Virus genome (UHGV): UHGV-0118441
DNA from: a virus
DNA: 26,467 bases
Reading direction: 5' to 3' (one strand)
The stretch's first letter is position 1, and the number at the start of each line of letters is the position of its first letter. This document shows, in pieces, positions 25,409 through 26,467 of this stretch. A program made the position numbers and the translations under genes. The notes under the pieces are model-generated. The model saw nothing but the letters and a program-made list of their open reading frames with translations, made no database searches and had not been told where the DNA came from.

Positions 25409-26467
25409 GCACAAAATTTTATACCCTGCTGACGGATATTGGCGCGGCGAAACTTGCCAGCGCTGCCGCGCTCGGTGTGCCTTTAAAAATTACCCATATG
25501 GCGGTCGGCGATGGCGGCGGAACATTGCCAACGCCTGACGCAAAGCAGACTGCACTGGTAAATGAGAAACGCCGGGCTGCTCTGAATATGCTCTATATCG
25601 ACCCGCAGAACAGCAGCCAGATTATTGCTGAACAGGTGATCCCTGAAAATGAGGGTGGTTGGTGGATACGTGAAGTGGGCCTGTTTGATGAGTCCGGGGC
25701 ATTGATTGCCGTGGGCAACTGCCCGGAAAGCTATAAGCCGCAACTGGCTGAAGGCAGCGGGCGAACCCAGACCGTGCGCATGGTGCTGATTACCAGCAGC
25801 ACGGACAATATCACACTGAAAATCGACCCTGCAGTAGTGCTGGCAACCCGTAAATACGTGGATGATGAAGTCCTGGAATTAAAGCTGTATGTGGATGACC
25901 AGATGAGAAACCACATTGCCGCACAAGATCCTCATACCCAGTATGCGCAGAAACATAATCCGACATTTACCGGAGAACCAAAAGCGCCGACGCCTGCAGC
26001 AGGAAATAACACCACGCGGATTGCGACCACTGAGTTTGTTCAGGCCGCTATTACTGCTCTGATTAATGGTGCGCCAGCCACGCTGGACACACTGAAAGAA
26101 ATTGCCGCAGCCATTAACAATGACCCGAAATTCAGTACCACCATTAACAATGCTCTGGCACTAAAAGCACCGCTGTCGAGTCCGGCACTCACCGGAACGC
26201 CAACAGCACCTACTGCGGCACAGTCGGTCAACAATACACAGATTGCCACTACAGCTTTTGTGAAATCAGCGATTGCAGCAATGGTGGGTTCTGCACCTGC
26301 GGCACTGGATACACTGAACGAACTGGCGGCGGCACTGGGGAATGATCCGAACTTTGCCACGACAATGCTTAATGCGCTGGCAGGTAAACAACCGCTGGAC
26401 AATACGCTGACTAATTTGAGTGGAAAAGATGTAGCTGGTCTTCTCGCATACCTTGGTTTGGGAGAAG
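25405..26467 (+). CDS. H: Tail fibre protein H, N-terminal part (3' end beyond window)
   Basis: Open frame from the ATG at 25405 (ATGA overlap with the I stop) to the window end without a stop, so absent from the ORF track. MSTKFYTLLTDIGAAKLASAAALGVPLKITHMAVGDGGG is the conserved P2-family tail-fibre N-terminus; contains an internal tandem repeat. Confidence 0.8.
   Translation, partial: MSTKFYTLLTDIGAAKLASAAALGVPLKITHMAVGDGGGTLPTPDAKQTALVNEKRRAALNMLYIDPQNSSQIIAEQVIPENEGGWWIREVGLFDESGALIAVGNCPESYKPQLAEGSGRTQTVRMVLITSSTDNITLKIDPAVVLATRKYVDDEVLELKLYVDDQMRNHIAAQDPHTQYAQKHNPTFTGEPKAPTPAAGNNTTRIATTEFVQAAITALINGAPATLDTLKEIAAAINNDPKFSTTINNALALKAPLSSPALTGTPTAPTAAQSVNNTQIATTAFVKSAIAAMVGSAPAALDTLNELAAALGNDPNFATTMLNALAGKQPLDNTLTNLSGKDVAGLLAYLGLGE

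Larger units (their letters stand above)
587..26467. mobile_element. P2/186-family prophage, left part (continues past the window end)
   Basis: Integrase next to a host gene, 186-type cI/apl/cII switch, replication gene A, cos-like sequence, and P2 late-gene synteny Q-P/O-N-M-L-X-lysis-R-S-V-W-J-I-H. The left junction must lie in 587..690; no att core could be defined. Confidence 0.85.

Noticed and set aside
24827-25414. 195-aa minus-strand ORF
   Set aside because: Antisense to baseplate gene I.
26040-26402. 120-aa minus-strand ORF with Ala-rich repeats
   Set aside because: Antisense to the tail-fibre gene H; its repetitiveness just mirrors the tandem repeat in H.
1-26467. CRISPR array, reverse transcriptase/retron or IS element
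   Set aside because: No regularly spaced direct repeats, no RT motifs and no transposase-like ORF with terminal inverted repeats were seen on either strand.

Overview
The window holds about 0.6 kb of host flank (a TetR-family regulator gene) followed by most of an integrated P2/186-family temperate prophage, which runs off the right edge inside the tail-fibre gene. Gene order is: int <- cI <- | -> apl, cII, fil, early ORFs, TraR-like, Dam-type methyltransferase, replication gene A | LexA-boxed small ORF + DinI-like | DarT-DarG | candidate cos | AT-rich three-gene operon of unknown function | <- portal Q <- terminase P | -> scaffold O, capsid N, small terminase M, L, X, holin, endolysin, LysA, spanins, R, S, V, W, J, I, H (partial). 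Two AT-rich cargo islands flank the candidate cos site. One is a recognisable DarTG toxin-antitoxin/defence pair. The other (11165-14018) encodes three proteins I cannot place in any family and is the best candidate for an undescribed anti-phage system. All calls come from reading the sequence and the ORF track; no database search was run, and intergenic coordinates are good to within a few bases.
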